From Octopus bimaculoides (taxonomy: Eukaryota): 64,000 bases of DNA. Positions 1-11,720 of this stretch are shown here, piece after piece. The translations under genes and the position numbers were made by a program. Under the pieces are notes generated by a model that saw only the letters and a program-made list of their open reading frames with translations, did no database searches and was not told the DNA's origin. Location: NCBI RefSeq assembly GCF_001194135.2, contig NC_068994.1, positions 42,202,777 through 42,266,776 of the forward strand. Reading direction: 5' to 3'. Each line of letters begins with the position of its first letter. Position 1 is the stretch's first letter.

Positions 1-2175
1 GGGGAGAGAGAGAGAGAGAGAAAGATGAATTAACTCCCTATGTGCTACTACTACTACAGTGATATTTATATTATGTATCCAACAATGTAATATTAGTGTC
101 ACAACACCATCACACGTTTTCAGACAAGGTACTATTTCCCCTAGTTCTTCCACTGCTGGATCAACTATTAACCAAAATGAGCATGTGCTTTGGGCATCAT
201 GGGAAGTGGGGGCACCATAGAAATGGTAAATAGTTTATGGTACAAAAGAAATCACTTTAAACTTGCTAAAATGATATTTCAAGTGGTTTATATGATGAGG
301 AATTTAATTTCAAAGTGTTCATAGAGAGGATTTGATCAAAGACTTTGCAATTTAAAAAGAAAGGAGAAAACCTTTCAAATATACATAAAGTGGAAGTATA
401 CAAGAATAAACATTATTTTCCATTTTACTGTTAGTTTTTTCTCATTTTAAAAGATGAAAATTTATTTTATGGCTATGATTGTTTATATATTAAATTACAT
501 TTCTATGGGGGAACCAAAACCTATAAACTTTACTTTGCATGCTTTTGGATTTATTATAACCTGCCCGTCGAAGTTATAGTAGAAGACACTTGCCCAAGGT
601 GCCACATAATAATCTAAGCCCAGGACTATATGGTTGAGAACCAAGCATCTTACCTCACAGCCTATACCTATACCTATATATATATATTTATAGAGAGAGA
701 CAGACAGAGAGGAGAAGATACACACACACAGAGCCATGTGATGTATGCATGCATGTATGTATGTATGCATGTGTCTGTATGTCAGTTTGTGTAGGTGAAA
801 TAACTGAGTGACTAAGGTACTTCACAACTAATTATTGCATTGTAAGTTCAAAACCAGTGAAACTATTTTGTTTCTTTATACTGGAGGCTGACATTCATTT
901 TGTATCCTGCAGGATGAGATATTCTATTCCCTCCATAAAAGAGAATCAACATATTTACACACACACACACACATATATATATTTACAAACAAATAGTTAG
1001 CTAGACATGTAAATGCATATATTTGTTGAAAACAATGCAATTAATAAACAAGGGAACAGCAAGAAAACAGGTTCCAAGTACAAAATTGTGATAAATGGCA
1101 ATAGGAGAACAGTTAATGTAATCTTATTTCTTCTAAATAACAGTAAACTTCAAAGAAAATAATAGATAAATGTATTTGGAACAGTGATAAATTTATTAAG
1201 AAATTGCCCAAATTGGACAAGAATAATGTACTCAATCATTAGATTATTTGAGGAATACCCATCCTAGTTTTAGAAATATAATAAGCAAAGATTTAGCATA
1301 AAAGTAAAATGGGTTGAAATGTAATAGAAAACAAAAGCAAAAAATAATTTATTGTTATGCTCGGATTGTTCAAAGAATGGTTTCTTTTATACTGAGTGTA
1401 AATGATGTGGATGGACATCAGTTTGATCGCACATAAACAGAAAGAAAACAATGTATACATCCTACGCGTATATACATATGTATATATATATATATATATA
1501 CATAAATACATACATACATATATATATGCATAATAAAATAAAATATCATGCTTCACAGAGACAGCTTGTGAATGAATAAATAATAGAATAAATGTAGACA
1601 CTGATCAGCTTTAAAAGATAGGACTCAGTGTCATATAATTCAATGCAAATAAACGATTAGAGATTTGTAAAACATTAGGTTCCTCTTTCTACGACTGGGA
1701 AAAATGGTAATGGCAAAATAAGAACAAATAGATAAATAAATAAACGAAAATAAATAAATAAATAGAAATGTTCTGAGAAGCACAGAGTTAATTGGCTTGG
1801 TTTATATATTTGGACAATACATGTTCTTATAATCAGATCTGGATTAGCATTTCTTTAAAACGAGCACCAGATACATCTGCACGGCATATAACCATAACTC
1901 TTTGAATTACCATAGTAATGACATTGTAATGACATAGTAACGACATAGTAACAAATGAAATTTTTATGAGGAAACATTGGCGATGGCATGGCTGTGTGAT
2001 TGAGAAGATTACTATGCAACTGTGTGGCTTTGGGTTCAGTCCCTTCTGGTAAGTGTCTTTTTCTGTAGCTCTGGCTCAATCAACACTTTATGAGTGAATT
2101 CAGTGGATGGAAAGTAAATTTGGTTTGTGGAAGCCCATCAAAATGCACACACACATATGTATGCATATGTGCATA

Positions 2176-2214
<39 letters not shown>

Positions 2215-2437
2215 CTTTATTGCCCATGACTAAACATAAAGGGGACAAACAAGGACAGACAAAGGAATTAAGTTGATTACATCGATCCCAGTGTGTAACT
2301 GGTACTTATCTAATCGACCCCGAAAGGATGACAGGCAAAGTTGACCTCACCAGAATTTGAACTCAAAATGTAACAGCAGACTAAATCCCGCTAAGCATTT
2401 CGCCCATTGACCTAATGATTTTGCCAGCTTGCTACCT
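2215..2437 (-). mobile_element. SINE family C (TGGCAGAAT.GTTAGC head, GAGTTCAAATT B box, GACTTTGCCTTTCATCC body)
   Basis: Other copies at about 4595(+), 20190(-), 21280(+), 47720(+), 57670(-), 59990(+), 61700(-), 61900(-), 62900(-), 63390(-) and 63570(-). Confidence 0.85.
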
Positions 2438-2450
2438 TAATTTACATATA

Positions 2451-2756
2451 AGAAATAAGGGCAGGGAATCGTCAATTAATAACAGAATCAATAATTAACA
2501 ATTTTGCCAAGTAGTTCAGTATGAAAAAAAACCTTTATCGGTAAGACCATTTATCATCATAAATATAAGGGATTAGCAATTGAGTTGCTTCTCCAACATA
2601 CTGAAAATTTAGAAATAGCAGTCAAAGAACTACTGATTCTAAACTCCGTTTTAGAGAAAAATTTGTAGTTTAGAATCAGTAGTTCTTTGACTGCTATTTC
2701 TAAATTTTCAGTATGTTGGAGAAGCAACTCAATTGCTAATCCCTTATATTTATGAT
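2451..2756. mobile_element. TSD-flanked insertion ending in a perfect 90-bp fold-back
   Basis: Arms 2556-2645/2667-2756 are exact reverse complements. TAATTTACATATA occurs at 2438-2450 and 2757-2769. A related diverged copy lies at about 32130-32320. Confidence 0.8.
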
Positions 2757-3364
2757 TAATTTACATATATGTAAACAAACGAATCTTGCTTGCTTGCAAT
2801 GTTACTTGGTCAAACTGGTGCATAATGGGAAAATACTATGAATTAAGTTAATCCTGAAATGTTAATATGAACAGTAATGTGGTTTTCGAGATATTAGACA
2901 TTTTCAGAGTATAAATACTCAAAACGGTGCATAAAAGGAAAATGTTCCAAAAATAATCTTCAACCTGAAAGGGAAGGAACCTTTATCTTTCTGTTAGACA
3001 GTGAGTTGACAACAAAACAAAAAACGACTTTTTTTTTACAGTAGATGTTTCTATTTTCGCTTTTGTTAAACACAATATTTTAATCATTTAGAAATATTTT
3101 TAAGTAAAGTTGATTTTAAAAATGTAAGTTGTTTGTACAAGTAGTATTTATATTTTAGCTTTCCTTAAACAGATAATATTTCAATGTCTTTTTTTAATTA
3201 TTTTCAAGTGAATACTGTTACAATAATTTTTTTGGCATATTTAAAAAATATTCTAAAGTGAAAATGACTTTAAAAAGATAGTAAATCTTTCATAAAAGAC
3301 CCGTTCATAACCTCAGTGTAAAATAGTTATTTTCGTGTGTATTCAACGTACCTCACCTCCAAAA

Positions 3365-3475
3365 ATTTGGCTGCTATTTCTAGCACGCCCTGCTACCACG
3401 TAACAGCTATTTGTGATAAAGGACACGAAATAGCTGTTACGGGCTAACAGGGCGTGCAAGAAATAGCAGCCAAAT
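3365..3475. repeat. 48-bp inverted repeat hairpin
   Basis: 3365-3412 versus 3428-3475, about 4 mismatches, 15-nt loop. Confidence 0.85.
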
Positions 3476-3579
3476 CTTTCCTTTTCTGAGGAAAGGAGCC
3501 GTTTACACGTGATTTCGGTGTCACATTCATTGAAAACATGCTAAATAACCTGAAAAAGAAAACAAAACCCATGAAACAA

Positions 3580-3635
3580 AACTCCGTTGCTGGGAAACTC
3601 AGAGTTTTCCAGTGACCCGACGGGTCACAGATAGT
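3580..3635 (+). mobile_element. Probable Helitron 3' terminus
   Basis: Perfect hairpin GTGACCC-GAC-GGGTCAC (3612-3628) followed by AGATAG|T, a near match to CTAG|T. The 5' end was not located. Confidence 0.45.
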
Positions 3636-4955
3636 CTAATATGTATGTATGTATGTATCTCACTTAAACTATGCACAGCAGGCAGAAAGTTGCCATCAAA
3701 TAATCAGTGTTATATAGAATTTGGCAATTTCACATGTAAACACACGATGAAATAACAGGTTTGGCAATGTCAGAGTACATATCAGTTTGTACATCAAGCA
3801 TTGTCATGCAGTGTAAATATAGCTGGGTCATAGAGTGTCTATACTGCAGAGGTAATAATTTTATTGTATGATCTTCTATACAGTTTCCATCTACAAATTC
3901 CACTCATAATGAATTCCATCTGCTAATTCCACAAACAAAACCATTTCCTTGGGTACTGAAATTCAATGACACTATGTAATTTCTGAACTCCTTGCACAAA
4001 ATGTCTTTACCTTGCCAAAATCATGAAAATTTGGTAATAAAACATAGACATTACTTAGGTCATTCTAGAAACAATACTACAGTAGTAAGACAATACTGAA
4101 TCACTACCAGCTGAACTATTGCTACAAATCTGAGAAAATATATATAAAAAGCTACTACACTTAGTTGCATTTATGAAAGAATTATAAATAGAAGAACAGG
4201 AGTACACATTATAGAGATGGTCATAGGGCTCAGAACATCCTAGTGCTGCCCTGTTCACAGTACAAAATTTCCTGTATGGAGACATCAGAAAAGAGACAAA
4301 GCATGTAGCACTAACTGAGAAACAAGGCAGTAATGCAAGAGTTAAATTCAACCCAATGGAAATTACTTGAATTCTTTAAATCGCTAAATATATTTGCTAC
4401 TAGTAAGTGGTATTGTGGGTAAGAAATAAATCTTTGTATCAGGCAAACTTGATAAGTTTATCATGTGCAGGTGTAAATAGAGATGGCACTTCATGATAAA
4501 TAAAGATTAATATGGTCTAATTGCTGTTTAATATAAACACAGAACAAATTTAGAATACTCTATAACAAGTCATTTTTATATTTAGATTATATTATTTTGA
4601 ACTATTATTCCACCAAGGTCAACTTTGCCTTTTACAATTTTGGGGTCATTAAAATAAGTATCAGTTGAACACTGGGGTCAATGTAATCGACTTAACCCCT
4701 CCCTGAAATTGCTGACCTTGTGCCAAAATTTGAAACCAGTATTTCAAATTATTAACTTCTATAGAGATGAAACATTTGTGTTATGTTTACAGATTGATAA
4801 CTAACATGTGCAGGCATAGCTGAGTGGTTAAAAAGCTGGCTTTGCAACCATGGGATTTTATGTTCAGTTCCACTGCACAGCATCTTGGGTAAATGTTTTC
4901 TAATACCAATGCCTTGTGAATAAATTTGGTAGAGGAAAACTGTGTGGAAGCCCAT

Positions 4956-5013
<58 letters not shown>

Positions 5014-7345
5014 TACAGATATAAATATGTGCATGTGTGTATCCATATATATAAATATATACATATGGATAAGTGAGAATGCATGGCTTAGTGATTATGG
5101 TATTTAGCTCATGATTGTGAGCTCGTGAGTTCAATTCCCAGTGGCATGTGTTCTTGAATAAGATCCTTTAGTTCACATTGCTCCAGTCCACCAACTGGCA
5201 AAAATGTGTAATATTTGTATTTCAAATGGCTAGCCTTGTCACATGCTTGCTGAAAACTACATTAAGGGTATGCATGATTGTGCAGTACTCAGCCACTTGC
5301 ACGTTAACTTCACAAGCAGAGCTGTTCCAGTGAACTGATCAATTGGAACATTCATTGGAATAACTGATGGACTGCTACTTCAGTGTTAATTGCCCAGCTA
5401 TCTATGCACCTCTCCAGTAGAGAGAAGGTATAAAAGGTGCCTGGAACTGACAGTGGAGACCATATTAAAAGGAGACTAAGGAGAAACAAAAATTGTGTTG
5501 AAGCTTCAGTTTGCAATCCTTGCATTTAAACTCATTGAAGAATACAACGCTAATGAGCAACAGAGATCAAAGTGATAGAGATATAGCCTTGATGCAAATA
5601 TTTAAAGGAAAAAAAATCTCTGTATCTAAATATGATGTTAATTATAAAATGTCCTAAAAATTATATGCACAAATGTAAATAAACTCGAAAAAGATGAGGT
5701 CAGCAGTTACAAAACTTTGCTCAACTATTTGAAACAATGTCAGTCTGGTCTTCCTGGGCCTGTACATCATGATATTCAACAAGGAAATTATATAATTATT
5801 TTGGCAAGGAATAATAATTATGTCATTTTTTTTTTCTTGGAAGACATGAACATCGTGACATTTTATTTTCCTTCAATAAATTAAATCATGCCATTGTAAG
5901 AAATTGGTTATCATGAAGTTCAGCACTCAAATTATTTTTCATTCACTTCATTTGTTGTTTGCTTTTTGTGATATTGTTGTTTTCATTTTTTTTAGAATTC
6001 TAAGATTTTTTTTTTTTCTTGTATTATTATTTCTTCACATTTCCACATGGCTTCCAATTTTTTTTTAAATTCCCATTATTTTTATGAAGATGTGGGTTAA
6101 GATTTGATTTCAGAGTCAGGAGGTTCAGATTACAGTTAGAAAAGAATTTTGAATGCATGGAAAAGCTTCTGTTTCTTCTCTCAAATAGTCAACTGAATAT
6201 GACTAAGTGTAAATTTAAGACAGTTACATTAAGACAAATAAACAAATATTCAGTACTGACATATGAATAAAATCGATATTTAAAGCAGGAATGTGTAAAC
6301 AAAGTTATTGAACTGGAATCACCATTCATACACATTCTTAAACATTATTCCTCCAACTCTTATTCCCTCACTCACTCTGTCTCTTTCTCTCTCTCAACAC
6401 ACACATACACACCATGTATTACACACAAACACATACACACCATATATTACGTACACACACATGCATGTATACATGCAAACTCAAATACACAGGTATACTG
6501 TTCTCTACACATCTATAGTTACAATAACTAGTAACATTGTCAATGTTGCATCCCAGAATCTCAGGATGTTTTAAGTTTCACAACATACATCCTCATGTAT
6601 CACTTAACATACATCCTCATGTCATACATCGTACATCCTCACTTCCCCTATGATGATCAACCCAAAGCTTGTGCCCAAATGCACTCAACTCACCCTGCCA
6701 CTCACTGGTTTTTTAGCCAGAGACATCTACATACTTTCTCAGCAACCTCCTCATTGTTCTTGATGGGTTTTTTTTCAAACACATTTCTGTAATACTCAGG
6801 ACTCTGTAGCCCTTACTAAAAGAACAAGCTTTAATTCTGTGGCTAACTAGTTTAACAAGAGTGTAAGCTGCCCTGGACAGCCCTTCAGTTTTCTGTCTGT
6901 GGGCCCTCAGAAAAAATACATATTGCCCACAGCAAACTCAAAAGTGGTGCTTCCCCCATAAAATTGCCACTCAGTTCTGACTGTCCTCTTCACCATCTTC
7001 TAACTAGGGTAGTGCTTTGGCTACCAACTTTACTGGCAAACACATGGTTGTGTATATAGATCTTTCTTTTGTCTTTAAGTCATTAGACTGTGGCCAAATT
7101 TTTAGCCCAAGAAATTGACATTGGTTCTTCTTTTCTTTTTTTGCTTAAGTCTGGTACTTATTCTGTCAGCTTCTTTTGCCAAACTGCTAAGTTACAAAAA
7201 GCACCAGCACTGGTCATCAAGCAGTGTTGGGGAACAAACACAGATAGAATGACACTCCCATCTCTCTCTCTATATATATATATGTGTGTCTGTGTATATA
7301 TATCATCATCATAATTTAATAACTGTTGTCCATGCTGGCTAAGCA

Positions 7346-8543
7346 TGAAAGTGGTAACAAACACAGTGCAGTGAGAACAAAACAGTAAAAACAAATGGTG
7401 AGGGCTGTTAAGCCAAGACGATGTGAAGTGCTGAACACTGGAAAAACGAACTTTGAGAAGAGACAGAGAAGAGCAAATCTTATCTTTAGGAAGGAAGTGG
7501 AAGAAAGAGAGAATGGCCGTTAGTCACGTGAGATCAACGAGAGAATCAAGGAGGAAGAGTGAGAGAGAGAGAGAGGGAGTGAATGGTAAAGGGGAGAGGA
7601 GAAGAATAGGGAAAGGGTTGGAGAGAAAAATAGAAAGGAAGAACAAGAGAGAGAGAGATAGACAGAAAAGAGATAGAATAAGAGTGTGCATCGTAATTAT
7701 TAAGATAAAACTTACTTGGAAAAAGATGCGTGGCGTTGTTCGAAAAAAATGTTCGTTTTCTATGTTTTTGTTTCTCATTCTGTCCACGTTTTTTTTTATG
7801 TCCTGTACCCATATATGTATGTATATATACATATATATATGTAGGTATGTACATATATGTATATATGCATATATTTATATATTATTTATGTTATTATATG
7901 ATCGAACGCCACACGTCCTTTTCCAAGTAAGTTTTATCATAATGATTACGATGTGCACTCTTATTCTATCTCTTTTCTGTCTATCTATCTCCCTATCTTG
8001 TTCTTCTTCCTTTCTGTTTTTCTCTCTCACCCTTTTCCTATTCTTCTCCTATCCCCTTCACCGTTCTCCCTCTTTCTCTCTCATTGATCTCACGTGACTA
8101 ACAGCCATTCTCGCTTTCTTCCACTTCCTTTCTAAAGACAAGACATGCTTTTATCTGTCTCTTCTCAAAGTTCGTTACTCCAGAATTCAGCACTTCACAT
8201 CGTCTTGGCTTAACAGCCCTCACCGTTCGTTTTTACTGCTTTGTTCTCACTTCCCTGTTTTTGTTACTACTTTCACCCCCGACAAAAGATCCCCAATTTT
8301 ATTTAATTTGCTTTTGCAGGAAGGACTGTTTTAACGAAGTCGCATCTTGTCCTTACCTTCGAATCGCAGAGTAGATAAAACAGGGGAAAACTGATGAAGG
8401 GAATGTTCTTTATGTTGCATGCCTCGTTTCTCTGTTTGTTTGTTTCTTATTTTCGTTGTTCGAGAAAAAGTTCGTTTTCTATGTTTTTGTTTATCATTCT
8501 GTCCACATTTTTTTGATGTCCTGTACCCATATATGTATGCATA
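7346..8543. mobile_element. Penelope-like (pLTR-type) repeat: ~390-bp inverted copy plus ~720-bp unit plus start of a second tandem unit
   Basis: Inverted arms 7346-7737/7905-8275. Direct repeat 7738-7825 versus 8458-8543, continuing at 9871-9963 after the Helitron. No coding region is visible, so the family call is an inference. Confidence 0.5.
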
Positions 8544-9870
8544 TCAATATCTATAAAACACAAGATGTTTGTGTGTGTGTGTACGTGAATGTGGGTTATG
8601 CACGTCCACAAATTAGAACGCATGTCGCTCCAATTTTAGGAGGACATTGTTCATGACCCTATCTGTGTTTTTGTCAACTTTTTCTCTCAGAGGCACCCGC
8701 GTATAGCTGTAAAAATCGATAAAGTTTTACCAATTTTGAAGTTTGACATGGCGAAGTCAAATCTGTGCGTACACGCGTGAAGGAGAGAGAGAGAGAGAGA
8801 GAGAAAGAAAGAGAGAGAAAGAAAGAGAGAAAGAAATAGTGTGTTTGTGACAAGGGGAGAAACATAGTTTGCCAAGCGTCTAAAAAAAAAATTAAAAAGT
8901 GGAAGAGGGAGACAAAGCGGCTAAGGAAAAAAAAATTTCTCTCNNNNNNNNNNNNNNNNNNNNNNNNNNNNNNNNNNNNNNNNNNNNNNNNNNNNNNNNN
9001 NNNNNNNNNNNNNNNNNNNNNNNNNNNNNNNNNNNNNNNNNNNNNNNNNNNNNNNNNNNNNNNNNNNNNNNNNNNNNNNNNNNNNNNNNNNNNNNNNNNN
9101 NNNNNNNNNNNNNNNNNNNNNNNNNNNNNNNNNNNNNNNNNNNNNNNNNNACGAAAGAAAATGTAGCTAAGGAAGACAGAGTAAAATGCATTGTTTTCTT
9201 AAACATGAGATATAGTTTCAAATATAAGATGTTTTTGAAAGACACTATATTCTATAAGATTATATATACTTTCTCACACAACAATTCAAATATATTTATT
9301 TTAAATCGTTCATCTTCCCCCGTCTCACTCTCACACATACGCACATATACTACTTTGGGAGCGAAAGAGTTTTGTTTATATTTCACAACTATGAAACAAA
9401 AACGTATGTAACAATTTGTCAGTCCCCCCCCCCCAACTCGCTTTTCGGACCACAAAAACGGTTTGGTAATTTTTCAGATTAACACCCGCACGATTTTCAC
9501 TAGGGTGTTACGATTAGGATTAGGGTTACGGTTTTAGGGTCAGAGTTAGGGTTAAGGTTAGAGTTAACCTAGAAGGGACAGGCCCCTTATTTTTTGGTTA
9601 AGGTTGTTGGTAAGCTTTCCTAAGTTACTCCAATCCAGATCCCCAATGCAAACCTTCAGATCAACCTTTTCAATGAGTGAAAATAACCAATAAACTGATT
9701 CCTTATGAGATTTCCCAATCAAATTGCCAGCAAACCATTTTCAGCCAAACCAATTTCAACGGATTTCGCTCAAATCTGATGTCGATGTTACTTATTTTGG
9801 TTTGAAATAAAGCACTTAATCATTTAATAATCATAGCTAAATCCCGAGCAGCGCCGGGCTATACTGCTAG
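8544..9870 (+). mobile_element. Non-autonomous Helitron (contains an N gap)
   Basis: 5' TC at 8544 after A. 3' GC hairpin CCCGAGCAGCGCCGGG (9843-9858), then CTAG (9867-9870), then T. No TSD. The joined flanks match the uninterrupted paralogous sequence at about 7801-7860. Confidence 0.85.
9505..9570 (+). repeat. Degenerate TTAGGG-like array inside the Helitron
   Basis: ttaggattagggttacggttttagggtcagagttagggttaaggttagagtt. Confidence 0.7.
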
Positions 9871-10113
9871 TATACATATATGTGTAGGTATGTACATATA
9901 TGCATATATTTATATATTATTTATATTATTATATGATCAAATGCCACCCATTCTTTTCCAAGTATACAATTTATATATATATATATATACATACATATAA
10001 GCACTCAGCTCAACTGTCAGTTAATACATTTTGAAATCTGATGATCACTACGAACATATGAAAGAGCTGATTGAACTTTGGGTATTATTGAATTCTTTTT
10101 TTAATGTTTAGCA

Positions 10114-10446
10114 TACTCTTTTACCGCCTTTAGTCGAGCAAATCTACCCCAGGACTTATTCTTTGTAAGCCTAGTACTTATTCTATCGGTCTCTTTTCGA
10201 ACCGCTATGTTACGGGGATGTAAACACACCAGCATTGGTTGTCAAGCAATGTTAGGGGGACACACACACACACACATATATATATATACGACAGGCTTCT
10301 TTCAGTTTCCATCTACCAAATCCACTCACAAGGCTTTAGTCAGCCCGAAGCTATAGTAAAAGACACTTGCCTAAGGTGCCATGCAGTGGGACTGAACCCG
10401 GAACCATGTCGTTGGGAAGCGAGCTTCTTACAACACACAGTCACGT
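10114..10446 (-). mobile_element. SINE family A
   Basis: Reverse complement of the 44507-44900 copy. Confidence 0.9.
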
Positions 10447-11326
10447 CTGTGTCTCCACACACCCTCCTGCATTTGCATGTTATGAGTATATTTTAAAAAA
10501 ACACATTACCAACCTTGCTGCACATTGTGGTTGAAACCAGAACCATGAGAATGCTAAGAGAACTTTCGAACCTCACTGCTATTCACTCTTTATTATTCAT
10601 TAAAAATGGAAGATCACTGTGTGTATGAAATCATTATAGATTTTATTGTTTTTGACTTATTTCATTTCAAATATCTCACTTTCTTTTCTATTGAAAGTTA
10701 GTAGCAGCATTTGACAAATTCAATGTAACAGTCTTCAATACTTATCTACAAAACTTGGCTAGTAAATTGATAAATTGTTTACATATCTGTTTCCATTATT
10801 CTGTCCAGCTAATAACTTTCCTCAATATATTTTATTTAACCAACAGCTTCAGACCAAACCAAACCAGACCATACTAAAGTTCGAAATGGATGAAAACTTT
10901 TAAAAAGAACTTCGATGTAAAGTAATCAGAACTTGTTAGTGTAGATACTTTTCATTGTTCGGTTTATAGTTTCTAGAAGATATAAATATAAAGATGCAGA
11001 ATAATTGAGAATTGGAAATGGTAAAAGTAGGTAAAATGGATTAACAAGAATATAAAATCTGATGTTGTGGTCATGATTAAAATGATAAGGTTAGTTATGG
11101 CTATAGATGTATTGAGTTGTATGAGAAAATAGATTCTTTCTATGAAATATTACTCAATTTTAATAGAGGTGGTTGTAGAAACTGAAGATTTATAGATTTG
11201 GAAGAAAACAATACAAGCTTTAAACTTCATGATGGTTATACAAGAAAAAACAAGAATAAAGTCATTAAAAAATGTCAATGTAGTCTCATAGCTTCAAGGC
11301 AGAATAGGCTTAATGCTTTTTCCATT

Positions 11327-11720
11327 TTAGATTTTACTTGTTTCAGTCATTGGACTGCAGCAATACTGGAACTCCACCTTGAAGAATTTTAGTCAAATTA
11401 ACCCCCAGTACCTTAGACTCTTTTATTTATTATTTTTTTCTCTTAAAAAAAAAAAATGCTGGTGCTTATTTTTTTGCTCCTTTTGCTGAACAGCTAATTT
11501 AATAGGGACATAAACAAACCAACAGCAATGGTGGCTTCAGTGTTGGGAAATGACAGACAGATAGACACACACACAGCAAGCTTCCACACAGCTTTAATCT
11601 ACCAAATTCACTCACATAGCATTGGTCAGCCTAGAGCTATAGAAGAAGACACTTCTCAAGATATTGTGCAGTGGGACTGAACCCAAACTACAGTGGTTGC
11701 AAAGCAAGCTTCTTAATACC
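11327..11720 (-). mobile_element. SINE family A, diverged
   Basis: Tail, body and head are colinear with family A. Confidence 0.75.

Noticed and set aside
7453-8097. 214-aa ORF, charged then hydrophobic
   Set aside because: It lies across a GA-rich inverted repeat; the two halves are the two strands of the same repeat.
8391-8415. CTGATGA hammerhead-core heptamer with a weak hairpin
   Set aside because: No following GAAA, stem III or stem I.
9505-9570. Possible telomere or chromosome-fusion scar
   Set aside because: Short, degenerate, and internal to a Helitron.
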